Of a stretch of 64,000 bases of DNA, positions 13,391 to 27,200 are shown one piece after another. This DNA is from Camelus dromedarius (lineage: Eukaryota): positions 95,234,001 through 95,298,000 of the forward strand of contig NC_087472.1 of NCBI RefSeq assembly GCF_036321535.1, written 5' to 3'. A program made the position numbers and the translations under genes. The notes beneath the pieces are model-generated. The model saw only the letters and a program-made list of their open reading frames with translations, did no database searches and was not told where the DNA came from. Each line of letters opens with the position of its first letter. Position 1 is the first letter of the stretch.

Positions 13391-14237
13391 GTTTAGTGCC
13401 TTCTCATATATTCCTCAGGCTTTTACATGTCCTCTTTTGTGATATGCCTGTTCAACTCTTTTCTCCATTTGTCTCTTACCATACAGCTTTTAATTGATTT
13501 GCAGGCATCTGTCTCTATTGCAGAAACAAGTCTCTGTTGGATACAGATCTTGAAAATATTTTATTATAGTCTCTGGGTTATGTTTTCACTGTCTCACGAG
13601 TATCCTTCAAGGAACAAAAGTTCCAAATTCTAGTACACTCTATAATTTGCCATTTTTCTTTAATTTTTGGGTAATATTTTTCGTATCCTGTTCCAGAAAT
13701 CTCTGCCTACTCCAGAATTATGAAGACATTTTCTTCTGTTTCCCCATAAAATAATAGGGGCTTTCAATTTTGTAACTCGTGCTGAAATCAACCTGGAATT
13801 GATTTTATATACTGTGAGGTAGAGTACACATAGGCCTTTTTCAGTATGTATGTAACAAATACACCCAACACCATTTAGTCAACTGTTCCTTTCCCAATGC
13901 ACCAGAACGTCATAAATCATACAACCACATGTGTGTGGGATTGTTTCTGAGCTATTCTGTTTCGTTGATCAGTCTGCCTACCCTGTACCACCACCAGATT
14001 GTTGCAATCATCACAGCTTTATAACAGGACTCGAGAACTGGGGTGAACATCTTCTGGCTTAGTTCTCCCTGAAGGCTGCCTCGGCTATTTTTTGGCCCTT
14101 TGATGTCCATATGCATTTTAGGATCAGTTTGTTAGGTTCTCCAAAAGTAAAGAAATACTCTTCTAGGATTTTGACTGTGATGATATTGAGTCCAGAGAAA
14201 ACCCGGACAAACTGCCATCTGTGGACATAGCATTTTC

Positions 14238-14342
14238 TTTTTTTTCTTTTTAATGGGGGGGGGGGGATTTGTTAGGTTTATTTACTTATTTATTTGTTTT
14301 AATGGAGGTACTGGGGATTGAACCCAGGATACCCGCCCCTCC
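14238..14342 (-). mobile_element. Vic-1-like SINE with internal deletion of the A-box/anticodon region
   Basis: Minus strand reads ggaggggcgggta|tcctgggttcaatccccagtacctccattaaaacaaataaataagtaaataaacctaa; TSD tggacatagcattttc 14222-14237 / tggacactgcattttc 14343-14358. Confidence 0.85.
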
Positions 14343-15043
14343 TGGACACTGCATTTTCCAATCCATAAACGTAGTCTGTCCCTCCATTGATTTGGGTCTT
14401 TATTTTGAGAATGTTTTGTAATGTACATTGTACATAGTTGCACATATTTTGTTAAGTTTACTCTTACATATTTTATGCTATTGTCGGTAGTATATTTTAA
14501 CATTTCATTTTCTGTACGTCTCTGCTATATATGTAACTGATTTTTGTGTATGTTGTATGTTGCTAAGTAATTATATTAGTTTATCTGTAGATGCTGTTGA
14601 GATTTTCTCACCTTTACTCCAGTTTTATTTGTTTAGTTACAACCCTTATTCCTTTTTATTCCCTCTATTTGAATCCATATGCCTGCAGTTTCTTTTTCTT
14701 TACTTATTACAGTGGGTAAAATTTCCTTTATTATGTTGAATAGAAGTATTGAGAGCAGGCATCCTGTCTCATTCCCAATCTCTGGGAGAAATGTGTCAGT
14801 ATTTTTCCATCAACTGTATGGATTGCTATAGAATTTTTATAGATATTCTTTATCAAATTATGGAATTCCCTACTATTCCTGATTTACTAAGATATTTTAT
14901 AATCATATGATTTCTCTCCCTTTTTCTGTTAATGTACTAAATTACATTGATTGTTTTTAAATGTCAAATTACTTTTTCATCCCAAGAATAAATCCTCTTT
15001 GTTTTAATTTATTATCCTTTTTCTCTGTAGCTCGATTAGCAAT

Positions 15044-15490
15044 TGTATTCACTTGCTAGGGCTGCCATGGCAGAGTACCCCAAACTGGGTGGCCTAAACA
15101 AAAGAAATTCATGATCTCACAGTTCTGGAGGCCAGAAGTCTGAAATCATGGTGTTTGGCAGGGTTGCTTCTTTCTGAGGGCTGTGAGGAAGGATCTGTTC
15201 CAGGCTTATCTCCTTGGCTTGCAGGTGGCCATCCTTGTAGTCACATGGTGCTCCCCCTGTGTGCTTGTCTCCCCGTTTCCCCTTTTAAAAGGGTATCAGT
15301 CATATTAGATTAGGACCTGGCCTAATGTCTTCCTTTTAACTTGATTACCTCTGTAAAGACCGTATCTTCAAATAAGGTCACATTCCGAGTTAGGAATGGG
15401 AGGTCACTGGGAGTTAGGAGGTCAACATAGGAATTTGAGTGGGGGTAGGGGAGACGAGGAGGTGGAATGGCCATAAATTAACCCATAATA
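15044..15490 (-). mobile_element. MaLR solo LTR (MLT1A/B/C-like)
   Basis: tgtattcacttgctagggctgccat...cacagttctggaggccagaagtctgaaatc...aaataaggtcacattccgag. Confidence 0.88.
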
Positions 15491-16332
15491 GGTATGTAAA
15501 CATTTTTTGTTTTGAATTTGTACATCTATTTTCATGAGAGAGATTTGATTGTAATATTTCCTCCTTGTCTTTGTCATGTTTAATATTAAGGTTATATGGA
15601 TTTATATTTGCAAATTTCAATTTCTCTGATTACCACAATGATTCAGGATTTTTACATGTCTGTATTTTGTCTTTGGAGTTTGTGGATTACCACTTAATGT
15701 CTTTCCCATCTTTTGCTTTGAGGATATATCTTTTTCTTATTAACTAGTAAGAATTTTTATTATAAGTCTGTCTATTGCATTGCTATATTTTTTCCAGTGG
15801 GTTTTATATGTTTGTAGATAATTAGATATTATTAAGACATAGCTATTCAAGTTTATAATTCTCCTCATGGCTTTCATTGTTTATTGTTATGTTCCTCCCT
15901 CATGAAACCCCTCCCTCATGTCAAAATTATAACATTTTCAACAGTACTTTCACTATACATTTTATTGCTTAATTTCTATACCTGTATCTTTAACATATCT
16001 GCAGTTTCTCTAGGGTAACATATACCCATCTGAATTTATCATTTGTTTTACATACTTAACCTGTTGCTTCTATATCATTTAGTGGTTATAGTCCAACATT
16101 TTAACTCTGCTTTGAAATGCTGACTTCATAGTATGATAAATTTGTATCTCAAATTACAATTCCTTCTGTACTTTCAATTCTTCTCAACTCAATTGTCTAT
16201 CAATATGTAAACCAATACTCACTTTACTTACTGTAGTTTTCTAATATATTACAATATGCATAAGATTAAATACTATGGCAATGTTATATACTTCTCAATA
16301 CATTTCTTCTAAAATTTTGCTATACTATTCTC

Positions 16333-16990
16333 TGCTAGGAAACAAGCTGCTGGAAAACAAGCCACTCCTAAATTTCCATGAGCTTAAAATATTATATTCA
16401 CACTTGCTTGCTTAAAATGCACATGCTTGCTTGTTTTAATGTTTTGCGCAATAGATGATCTAGAGCACATATTATGCTAAAGAAAATTTGTGGTGAGCAA
16501 TCCTGACATTGACCATAAGGGAACGAAGGAGGGCAGATATCTCCTTAGGGTAAAACAATGGACGGTCTTGGAAAGCCAGATCATCCATTAACAGAACTTT
16601 GTTCTGGCATGAAAGCATGCTGTTGAACCCAGGGGAAGTACTTGCTTCCTTGAGATGTCCGGAGGCAATGACAGGATAGACTCAGAAATTTTGCATACCC
16701 CAAGGAGGGTGATTGTTCCTGGAAGGGATGGGCCTGAAATTAATCAGTTAACCAGCAAGCAGAACTTAGTGCTTATTGCATGAAATATCTAAAGCCCCAC
16801 CTCTTTGATCGCATTTTTTTCTGAGCTGTATACTCCTTATAAATATGATGTTGACCAGGCTTTTGGCACTCTAGATCCACGAGATCTTGAGTCCCCTGGT
16901 CCCATCTTTGCTCTTTACTTTGTCTCTTTGTTTCTTAAGTCTTGCGTCGCCCAACCTAAGACACGGTCCCAAGCTGTGCTGGACACAGCA
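16333..16990 (+). mobile_element. ERV solo LTR, 658 bp, probably class II (ERV2/beta-like)
   Basis: Ends TGCT...AGCA; perfect 6-bp TSD attctc (16327-16332, 16991-16996); TATAAATA at 16838-16845. Confidence 0.85.
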
Positions 16991-17621
16991 ATTCTCATGT
17001 GTTTATTCAGATAAACTATAGAATCCCTATTGTCAAGATCAGAAAAAAATAATATGCCATTGGGATTTTTATGGGAATTGTGTTAAATGTATAAACTGAT
17101 CTGAGATATAATTATCATCTTTATAATATGAAGGCATCCATCCAGGAAAATAGCATGTGTCTCCATTTAACCAATCCTTCTAAGGCTCTCTTTTAAGTTT
17201 TATAATTTTCTTCATATAAGTCTTGTACATTTGGGGTTAAATTTGTTCTTTGGTTTTAATATTTATTTGACGGGAATAGAATGTTTTGTTTCATTTCACT
17301 TCTAATTTGTAATCTTTGTTAACTTTCAAATCATAAATGTTATTTTTTAATTTATTTATGGATACTTTTTCCGGTGTCATTGAGGATAGCTGCTCAGATT
17401 GTGTAAGGTAAAATTTTGATGTGCTATTTAAGAAGAAAGGCGAATATTCTTTGTAAGTTTAAATGTTTTGCCTTCTTCGTTATCATCTCAATAGTTCACT
17501 CAGGACTGCAAGCTATAGAAACATTATTGATACCAACAAAATGGTTATGTAAAGAAAAAGAGAACAGTCACGGTAGTGGGACGTGCAATATTTTTCTTCA
17601 CATGGGGCACTTTTGCCTGTG

Positions 17622-17930
17622 ACTGTTTCCACAATCACATTAAACTCAGTAGAGCCTAACACAACTCAACCTCCTCCTCTCCCCGAAGAGTGACTCCTAC
17701 CGGCCAGTCCTTTTTCTATCAACTGGTCACGGGCACACTAAATTTACAAGTGCCCAGACATCTTCTCAACCTCCAATTACTCCACAAATCCAATCATTTC
17801 TTCCCTCATGATGCATTTCAAATCTACCTTTGAATTTTTTTCTTTCACTACTGGCATCTTAGACAGGGCTCATATTACAACGGTCTGTTTGGCTTCTTTA
17901 ATTATAACACTCTAACACAGAAAAGTAATC
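17622..17930 (+). mobile_element. LINE-2 fragment
   Basis: ccacaatcacattaaactca...aactcaacctcctcc continues the recalled L2 consensus from 13140. Confidence 0.5.
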
Positions 17931-20142
17931 ATTTTTACTCCCCACATACAGGTTTATCTCTACCCCAGTCTCTGTGACCAATTTTTGTCCAGGGACCACG
18001 TGAGTACTCAGCCCAGTAAAAAAGCATCCAACTTGACCATTTGTTCTTTCTGAGTCCTCAATAACGGGATTCCCTTCACTGTTCCCTAGTCACATTTGAT
18101 TACAGTCTACCATTGTTCCTGCAGCCACTCTTCTAACTTCATTGGCTTTGCCTACAGCCTAGTTTTCTAGTGTCTGTGTCCCCAGAACGTACCACTAGAG
18201 CTCCCTGATGAAAGTCATTGCTTGAGCTTCTGCCATCTCTGAAGTGCTTTAGCATCTGCCAAGCACCAGTACCGATCAGGTTTGATGTCAGCCTTTGACT
18301 TTAGGAAAAATGTCCCAATCTTGTTCCTGTATTCAAAACACTGACCTTAGCCGTAGCCAACAGATGTTCCCCAATCACTTAAATAACATACAGCAATCAG
18401 TCATTGCTTAAAATGAATAATTAAAGAAAGCTGACCAGTTTAAAACAAATGGCTACACAGGAACACTAACCAGATAATAGAGGAAAAAATAGGTTTTTCA
18501 TTTTCCTGAAAGATGCATCTCTCATGAGTCAACCATTAAAATCAGTCAACAGAATGCTTTCATTTATAAATGTCATAACTGTGCAAATTTTTACTTCGAG
18601 GTAAGTGCTTGAAACAATACTGCTAACTGAAAGCAAAAAATGTCACTGCTTTCCATTGGATTTTATTATTTGAAACTGTTAATATTTTATGTCAGATTTA
18701 TAAATAAACAATGAGAAAATTTTCATTTCTAGTGTGATGCCTGAAAATCACACAGAATTTAATCATGCCTGCAAGAACGCTTGTTGGAAAACTGACCTCA
18801 AATTTCACAAAAGCTCTCTAATCTGACTCTTTGAGGTTTGTGTTGCTTGGATGTTCTTCTGTGTGGCAGAAATACCAAGTCTTTTCTAATAACTGTCAAC
18901 GTTGATAGAAGATGTCATTAGTGCCAGGCTTTTGTACAGCCGAGGGAGAAGTATGTACCTGCATTTTCTATATGCCTATAAAAAAGTGGTATTCAGTGGC
19001 ACTGCAGAAGGGAGAAACAGATGACAGCCATGTAACCCTAGAGTTTTAAATAACACTCTACGCTTTGAATGATGTCAAGCATTTATTTTGACTTACGAAG
19101 TCTGTTTTCCCCCCAAAGTAATTAAAAGCTGTGAAGGGAAATGATTCTGCATGAGTTCAAAGCTTCTGCTAGAGCCCTGATGAACTGCCCCATTTCTCAA
19201 TGCTCTTTTGTATTACTAAATCCACTGGCCAGTCAAGTCCACCTATTGTCAGTCCAGCTTATTAGAGCCAAGGAACTAGATTCTGAAGAAATCAGCATAT
19301 TCAGGGTGCTCTGAAGAGCTTCCTGTCCAAAGTCAGGCCAGAGACTTTGAGGGAAAGCCAAGAGTCAAAGCCAGGTAGACCAGAAGGAAGCATCAAGTCC
19401 AGCGAGAGAAGCAGGGTCACTGATGGCAGAGATGGAACCAAGAGTCAGAAGCCAGATGGACACTGAATTTGAGTGTGGTCGAATGGAGGCAAACAAGATT
19501 GCTTTGGCACAATTGCCTTCAAAAGAGGGCAAGAGTGACATAGGTACCAGTGCTCTTCCAATAGGTGCCACTGGAATTTGTAGAAAAGGCATTACAGCAG
19601 TACCTTCCAATATGAGACACTATTTAGATCATCACTTATGGAGAATAGGTTACTAACAGAAAAAGAAAACTGCGTATTCCAATAATGGAAGTAAGAAAAT
19701 TTTTAAAAGAATTAAAGACAGATCCATTAGACCACACAATACAATCTACTTTATCCAAGACTCTATCAACTAACATTAATCGACTCACCTACACGTCCAT
19801 AATGCAATCCTAACAGATGGTTATAAGAAAGACTGTCAGGCTTTACAGCATTCTGAAGTACTTTCTTAGTAGTTGATGAACACATTATATTTTGAACAGT
19901 GTGGAAGTCAACAGTAATCTGTTTTTTCTCAGATGAGAAATTAAGTCAATTAAATTTTAACTCCCTACTTATTACATACAATTGGATGATAGATATGGTA
20001 CTTTTCTTAATCAGAATATTTTATTAATCGCACCACTATCATAACAGATAATAGAAAGTTTTCTGACTAGAAGAAATGTAAAGATAGGACTAAACATGAG
20101 GAATATTGCTTCATTTCTGCTTTAAGGTTATAAAATTAATAC

Positions 20143-20325
20143 TTGATATTTGTTAAACATGTACTAAGTGCCAGGTACTGTTTTAAATACTTAACACATA
20201 CTGCCTCCCTCTGAATGGCAGGCTGATTTAGTATTTACTATTATTATTTTATAGTTGAAAATTTAGGTTTAGAGGTGTTGAAAAACTTAGTCAACTTCAC
20301 ATAGCCAATAGATAAAGGATTTATC
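20143..20325 (-). mobile_element. MIR SINE
   Basis: atttgttaaacatgtactaagtgccaggtactgttttaaatactt...attttatagttgaaaatttaggtttagagg. Confidence 0.75.
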
Positions 20326-20514
20326 AGTCTTAACATATAGATAGGCAAGAAGGAGACACACGCAGAGGGATAAGATGATAGAAAAAAAATATTCCTTCTC
20401 ATTCATAATGGCAGACTATATCATACCCAACTTGTAATTGAGAAATTAGAACTTAGAGATTAAAAGCATTAGCTAGGGTAAAGAATGGAAGTAGAATTAA
20501 TCCTTGGCCTTAAT

Positions 20515-20593
20515 TTAGGCTAAACTACATGAAATTCCCAGTACTTTAACATTTTGACCTACAAAAATGCTACACTCATATGATTCAATCTAA
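20515..20593. mobile_element. MADE2-like mariner MITE (~80 bp, near-palindromic)
   Basis: ttaggctaaactacatgaaatt...ttttgacctacaaaaatg...tcatatgattcaatctaa. Confidence 0.75.
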
Positions 20594-21664
20594 TACATCC
20601 TTCTACAAAGCACTTAAAAGCACAATTTTATTGCCTCAATATTAGAAGTCATATTACCCATGTTACCGCCTCCTGTAAAAATTCTTAATTTGGATTGATA
20701 TCTAAATGATTCATTTGGACATGTACATAATACTAAAAACTATTTGAAATTTAGAAAGTATCTAGTACTACAATGGTTTGATGCAAGCAGTCACTTAGTA
20801 ATGATGTTTAAAATAAACCTAACACATTTTATCCCAAAATTTCAAAATATTTTAAAACCAACACTTTATAAATCCCAGGTCTCTGTGACATGGGTAAGCT
20901 CTTATGATTATTCTTAAACAGTTTAGAAGCTACAACATAAAAAAGCTTAAGTGGCTTTCTGTGGTCATTCAATGTGTCAGCAGTGATAGTAACAGCTTGA
21001 GTTACAGGACATTATTTATTCTGTGCCGTATAGTCAACTTCACAGTGTCACATCAGGGGACATATTTTGTTTAGCTTTCATATAATAAATGAGATCCCTC
21101 CAAGACTATTCTATCTAAGTGAAAATATTAAAAATAATTTGGTGATTATAAGTAATGAATGAAACAGATGAAAACGATAAAACATTGGCAGTTCAGTCTG
21201 GCTCATCTTCATGGTGGCACCACAGCTGGTGTCCAGCAGCACCATTCTCTCTTTCATTGCAGTTACAGCCACCTGCAATAGCCCCATCTCATTTTAATCA
21301 CACTCTTCCATCTGGCTCGCTTCCCTTTTCCATTTGGCCCACAGTCGGTCAAGTGAAATCTCTTGGTTCCATTAACACTCACAAGTCATTTTGCACTTGT
21401 GGACTGTGAAGTGTCTGTTTCATATTCTATTTGGCCTATACTACACTCTAAACTTAGTGCCTGATTAAATGTTATTTGAGTAAAGGAATTCCTCATTATG
21501 CAAAGAGGAACCACAAATACTGAGATGCCAGCAACCCACAAAGTTAGTTAAGCAACGGAATTTGTCATTTATTGAAATACCTGATTAAGGTCCTAAGAAA
21601 AGGTGACTTCACCAGCCTAAGTTTCACTCATGGTAAGAAGTTTTCACTAAGCAGAGAATGCTTC

Positions 21665-22715
21665 TACAAACAATTTTCCTTTTGCATGGTCCTGAGATGC
21701 ACAAATTTCCGTTACCCCAATTTAGTTAAACAATACCAGCCCTGGAAACAACATGATCCAAATTTCAATTACCACAGTATATTAACCCTAAGGAATCACT
21801 TAAAGTACAAACCAAGATGCCAGATCTTCAGTTCATAGACCATTGTTTAAATAACACTTTTAGATCATGATCAATGACAAATCAAGTCCCTTCTTTCAAA
21901 ATCTGTCAGTGATTAGTCACTGAGCATCTGTTATTCAGTTCACACACAGACAGCAAAGTGTATATTTGTGTTGCCTCCTTGTTTCCCCATAATAAACCCA
22001 TGTGACATTTTAAAAGTGGATAACCCAAATAGGGAATTGGGCAACAAAATGTAAGTGCCACAAAGAAATAGGAAGTGATAACTTCTAGAAGTGAAATTCA
22101 AATTGAATATAAACAGATTTATGGAAACAACAGCTGACTGTGGGAATGGTACCACCATCATGGAAGCAGCCAGAGGAACTTGGGGAAGGTGAACTTAGTG
22201 ATATAGTTGAGGGCAGTGGTTTTGACAACAAGGATGATACTCTTCCAGAAGTGATGTGAGCAACAAAATCTTCACAAGAGTTCCAAGGAACACTTGGAGA
22301 TATTTCATGACACTGAATGAACAAAGGATAAAATATTGGAAATTGATACAATCTTAGGGGGAAAAAGTATGATAATTGACCAAAGCACAGAAAAGATTCT
22401 TGCTCTGTGTCATAAGTTACATGATGAGAAGAAAGCAAGCACTATTCAAACCACTCTTGAAAAGTTGTTGAAAAAGAAATGAAACACTTTAATTCTCAGC
22501 GTCTCTTGTTTTAAATTACAGAATACTACACAAACACTAGTTTTATTTTTATTTCCCTATACATTTATAACTGAAAATACGAGACTTAATCTTTTGATAA
22601 GAATTTTCAAAGGTCAGCAACTAATCATAATTTTCCCCATTGATTATTAAGATCATTTTGCATGATTTCAAACTGTACATTTTTAGGGTCCTGCACTATG
22701 CTGCAGGGGTTCAAA
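21665..22715 (+). mobile_element. TcMar-Tigger element with decayed transposase C-terminal segment
   Basis: ttttgcatgg...aaatttccgttacc; acidic frameshifted coding-like stretch 22115-22460 ending aagcaagcactattcaaaccactcttga. Confidence 0.65.
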
Positions 22716-23142
22716 GCAAGTACAGAGTACTTCCTGTGGTTTATTAGGAGTCAAAAAATCAATCTCCTGCTAAGAACTGAGCATTTTGGACTAAAACAAA
22801 TGGATAAATTTTTACCTTATCTGGTTGAAGGCATTAGAGAACCATCAAGGCAGTGATGCATTTTTTTGACATAGGAATAGAGATCCAGGTTAAAGGAAGT
22901 TCTAGGGAACTACAGAGCCGCTGGACCACCGAAAGTGCTCAGGATATGAGCATCAAATGAGTCAGTGAATGAATAATAAATGAAGGAAGGAATTCAGTTT
23001 CCAACTATTACTATAACCCAGGTTAGGAAAGTAGTGTTAATATTTATTCTTTTTGTGCTAAATAAATCTCCATAAGGGTTCTCAACTTACCGAATAGAAG
23101 CAGCTAGTGAGTTAACCCATTAACAGCATCATCAACTTTTAT

Positions 23143-23161
23143 GGGGGGGGGGCGGGGGGGG
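23143..23161 (+). repeat. G10-C-G8 tract
   Basis: Directly visible. Confidence 0.9.
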
Positions 23162-24249
23162 AGTGCCACAGAAAACTTACCTAAAGAGTGTCAACAATAA
23201 AGAGACAATGACAGTTTGAGTCCCAATTTCTTATCTGATATACTGATTACTGTCTCCCATCAGTATGTTTTACATAAAGCAAATACATTACATTTTGAAG
23301 ACACAACTCACAAAGGAATCACCCACAGGTGCACACAGAAGAAACTTGCCTGACTATCACAGTGGAACCTGCCATGATCTTCCTCTCCTGTTCCAATGCT
23401 TATTAATGAGGTATGTTGAAATGCCCTTTGTTTCCTGCCACACTGCAGGGAAGACCATAGCCTCTGATGCCCACTACTTCTAATTTGAGTTCAGCACTCT
23501 CTTTCTATGACTCAATCATAAGTTCAAAGTCTGGGCCTAAGAATCAATAAACAGCTACTAAATTTTGGTTCTTAACTCTATACCCTCCCTGTACAAATTC
23601 TGACTCCATCTGTCTAACCTTTTAGCTGACCAATTCTTACTGGTTTACTTTCATCGTTATACAAGGCCAGATATGCTTGAGCATGTAAGTGGCAGGTGGA
23701 TGTGAGTCTAAGGAGGAGAAATGCAAAATACTTTTGAAATAAAAACATGATAAGAATCCATGTCAATTTTAGTTATCATTTAAATAGTGGTCAAGAGATG
23801 TGGGGGGAAAATCACTTCCATATGATATCACATTTTGACACTATATGATAAACTGTGGTTTCATATGTACTTTGATGGTACTCTGGTTACCTTAGAAACA
23901 AAGCAAAATAACTTTACTAGGGAGAAAAGTAAAGAAGAATTTTTCCCCATAAGTTCCAATGCCTGGATTGCAACATTTATCTGAGAAAGCTCTAGGGAGA
24001 AATTAGAGGAACACAAGTGTACTCTTCTAATAGAAATAATAAAAGTTTACATTAAACCTACACATTTTTAGTAAAATATGTAATATACAGTATAAGGAAA
24101 TTAATATATCATAAAACATTACAAGAACAAAAAGTTAGAATTTTTAACAGATAAAATGCTAACAAATTATTGTGTGTTCCTTTTAGGGTTTTACTTGAAT
24201 AACCCTATTAATGTGGATTCTATTAAGTTGTATTTCATAGATCTTGAGT

Positions 24250-27200
24250 TCTAGCAATGACAGAATAGGTTGATTCAGACCAATTCATCCATTATGAACA
24301 ACCAGAAAATATGGACAAAACATTTAACCAAAAAATCCGTATTTATTTAAAGGCATTATAAAACTACCAAGGCAGTGAGCATTTGTATAACTAAGATCCA
24401 GAAAGGTCAGCCTAGAATTTGGTGCCTCACAGAGAGGTGAAGGGGACTGAAGCAATATTTGAAGAGATAATTCCTGTTAATTTCCCTAATTTGATGAAAG
24501 TCATCAAGCTACAGATTAAAGAATCTGAATTTCTAGCAAGACAAACTCAAAGAAAACCATGTCTAGAAATATTGTAATAAAACTGATGAAAACCAAAGAC
24601 AAAAAAGAAAATCTAAGAAGTGTCCAGATGTAAAATAATACATCATCTTTAAAAGAGTCAAAATAAGACTTAAAAGCTGACTTCCCGATAGAAATGAGGG
24701 AAACCAGAGAACATTGGGATAATATGATCAAAGGGCTGAAAGAAATGACTGCCAATTTATATTTCTATTTCCAGTAAAATATTCTTCAAAAATAAAAGAT
24801 AAAGACATTTTCAGACAAAGAACACAATTCTTCATAAGCAGATCCTCTTTCCTAAGGAAACATGTACCAAGGGTATTTTTTCCAGCACAATGAAAATAAT
24901 GCCAATGGAAGGCTCAAAGATCCAAGAAGGAAAGAAGACATTCAAAAACTAAGAGATAATTATCAAAAACTTTATGTCAGTACATTTAAAAACTATATGG
25001 CATGGACACAATTTCCTTGTAAAGGAAAACTTTCTGAATCTGCCACAAGAAATAGAAAATATGAATATTTCCCACCACAAGGAAAATATCTGGCTCAGAT
25101 AACTTTAACCAATAATTACAGCCTACATTTAAGAAAAAAATAACATGTATTTCAAGCAAAGTATTTTCAAAGAATAGGGAGCAAGGGGGAAATTCTTTAA
25201 CTAATGTTACGACTATCATAATCCAGATACCTAAACATAATGAAGGTTTTACAAGAAAGGAAAATTAAAGGCTGATTCTTCTCATAAATATCAACATACA
25301 AATTCTAGATAATGCATTAATAAATCAAATCCAGCAATATATAAAAAGAATAAACTATTAAGAACACAATGAATTTATTAGAAGAATGTCAAGTTGGTTT
25401 AACTTTGAAAATCAATATTAAAAGAATAATTACAGTTTCTCAACAAATGCAGGGAAGGGGGAAAAAATCTTATAAGCCAGAAATTGAAGGACACGTGCCT
25501 AATTGGATAAAAAGTTATTTTTGGAACAGTTATTATATTTGGTAATAGTCATCTTCCTCTGATATACGGATAAAATAAGAATGCCTGTTAGCACTGCATC
25601 TAGTCAGTATTATATTCGAGATCTTAGTGCTATAAAGGAAAGAAAAAGAAACAAAAATCACAAAAATTGGATAGAAATGAATAAATGAGAAATGAGATAA
25701 AATACTTTCTAGTCAAAAATAATGTGATTGTTTAGAAACTTCAGAAGAATATATATTTAAATTATCAGTATTAAGTATATATTAGTATAACTATAATTTA
25801 GTAAGTTCCCAAATATAAGATTAATATTCGTCATCTATATTTCTATATACCACCACAAATAGGTAGAAAATAAAATTTCAAACCAATACTGTTTGAATTT
25901 CCACATAAAATTAAAGAATAACCTTGTCAATTTCCATAAAAAACATCCACTGGATCAACTATAAATCAATTAAAAAAAAAAAAAACACCTGCTGAGATTT
26001 TGACTGGTATTATATTGAATCTATAGATCAATTTGAAGACATTTTATATGCTAACAATGAGTTTTCTAATCATGAACATAGTACATATTTACATTGATTT
26101 AGTTATTCTTAATTTTTTTAAGTAATGTATTATTATTCTTATATAAAATATCCTTTTAGAATGGCATTAATATTTATGTAGAGGTATTTCATATCTTGTG
26201 TTAAAATTGATCCTAAGTATTTTATATTTCTCAATGCCATTTTATATATTTTTATAAATTGTATTTTTCAATTGTTCAGTCTATATAAATAAACTTAATT
26301 TTTATATATTGCCTTATTACTCTGAAACACTGCTGAATTCATTTATTAGTTCTGTTTGCTATTTTGTAGATTTTGAAGATGTTCTATACAGTGTAATGAT
26401 TTTGGACAAGGGCTTCAAAACAATTCAACAGGAAAGAGACAGCATTTTGACCAATTACCCTAGAATAACTTAATATATATATTGAAAAAATATCATGAAG
26501 CTTTGTTCTACCTCATACAATACACAACTAATTCACTATTGGCCACAGATCTAAATATATAGGCTAACATATATAACTTATAGAAGAAACTATTAAAAAC
26601 AATCTTCATAAACTTGAAGGAGTCAGTGCTTTCTTAGGACAACAAAAGCATTAACTATAACAGATGAAACTAATAAGTTCGACATCATTTTTTAAAGATT
26701 TCTCTTCATCAGAAGACATAAAAAAATATACAAGCCACACACTGGGAGAAAATATTCAAAAAGCACATATCAAATAGGATTTGTATCCAGAATACACAAA
26801 GCATTCTACAGTCCTAAAAATCAATGAAAAAAAATTGAGAGAAGACTTAAAGAATTTATAAAGATATATAGCAAATAAGCACATGAAAATGCTGAATATC
26901 AATACTGAAAGAATGGAAGTTAAACCCACAATGAAATACTACTCCACATCAGCTAGGTTGGCTAAAAAAAAAGGATGACAATACCAGCATGTACACCCAA
27001 ACTGTCAACTACCAGCTGCCTATCAACAGTAAAATGGATAATTAAATTGCAGTATATTTCGTAACAGAACATTATATAACCATTAGCATAAATGATCTAC
27101 AATTACATGTATTGATATGAATGAGTTATTAATACTATATTGAGCAAAAGAATAACCACCAAGAAGAGGACAGATTATATGATTCTACTTTTATGGCAAA

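Larger units (their letters stand above)
13395..17400 (-). mobile_element. Antisense old L1 ORF2 fragments interrupted by a SINE, a MaLR LTR and an ERV solo LTR
   Basis: T-rich antisense L1 motifs: atgtcctcttttgtgatatgcctgttcaa, cccaacaccattta, atgttgaatagaagtattgagagcaggcatcct, ttgggatttttatgggaattgtgttaaatgtata. Confidence 0.8.

Noticed and set aside
13184..17680. actcaacctcct(t/c)ctct repeat as the TSD of the nested block
   Set aside because: The second copy lies inside the resumed L2 rather than at its junction; likely coincidence.
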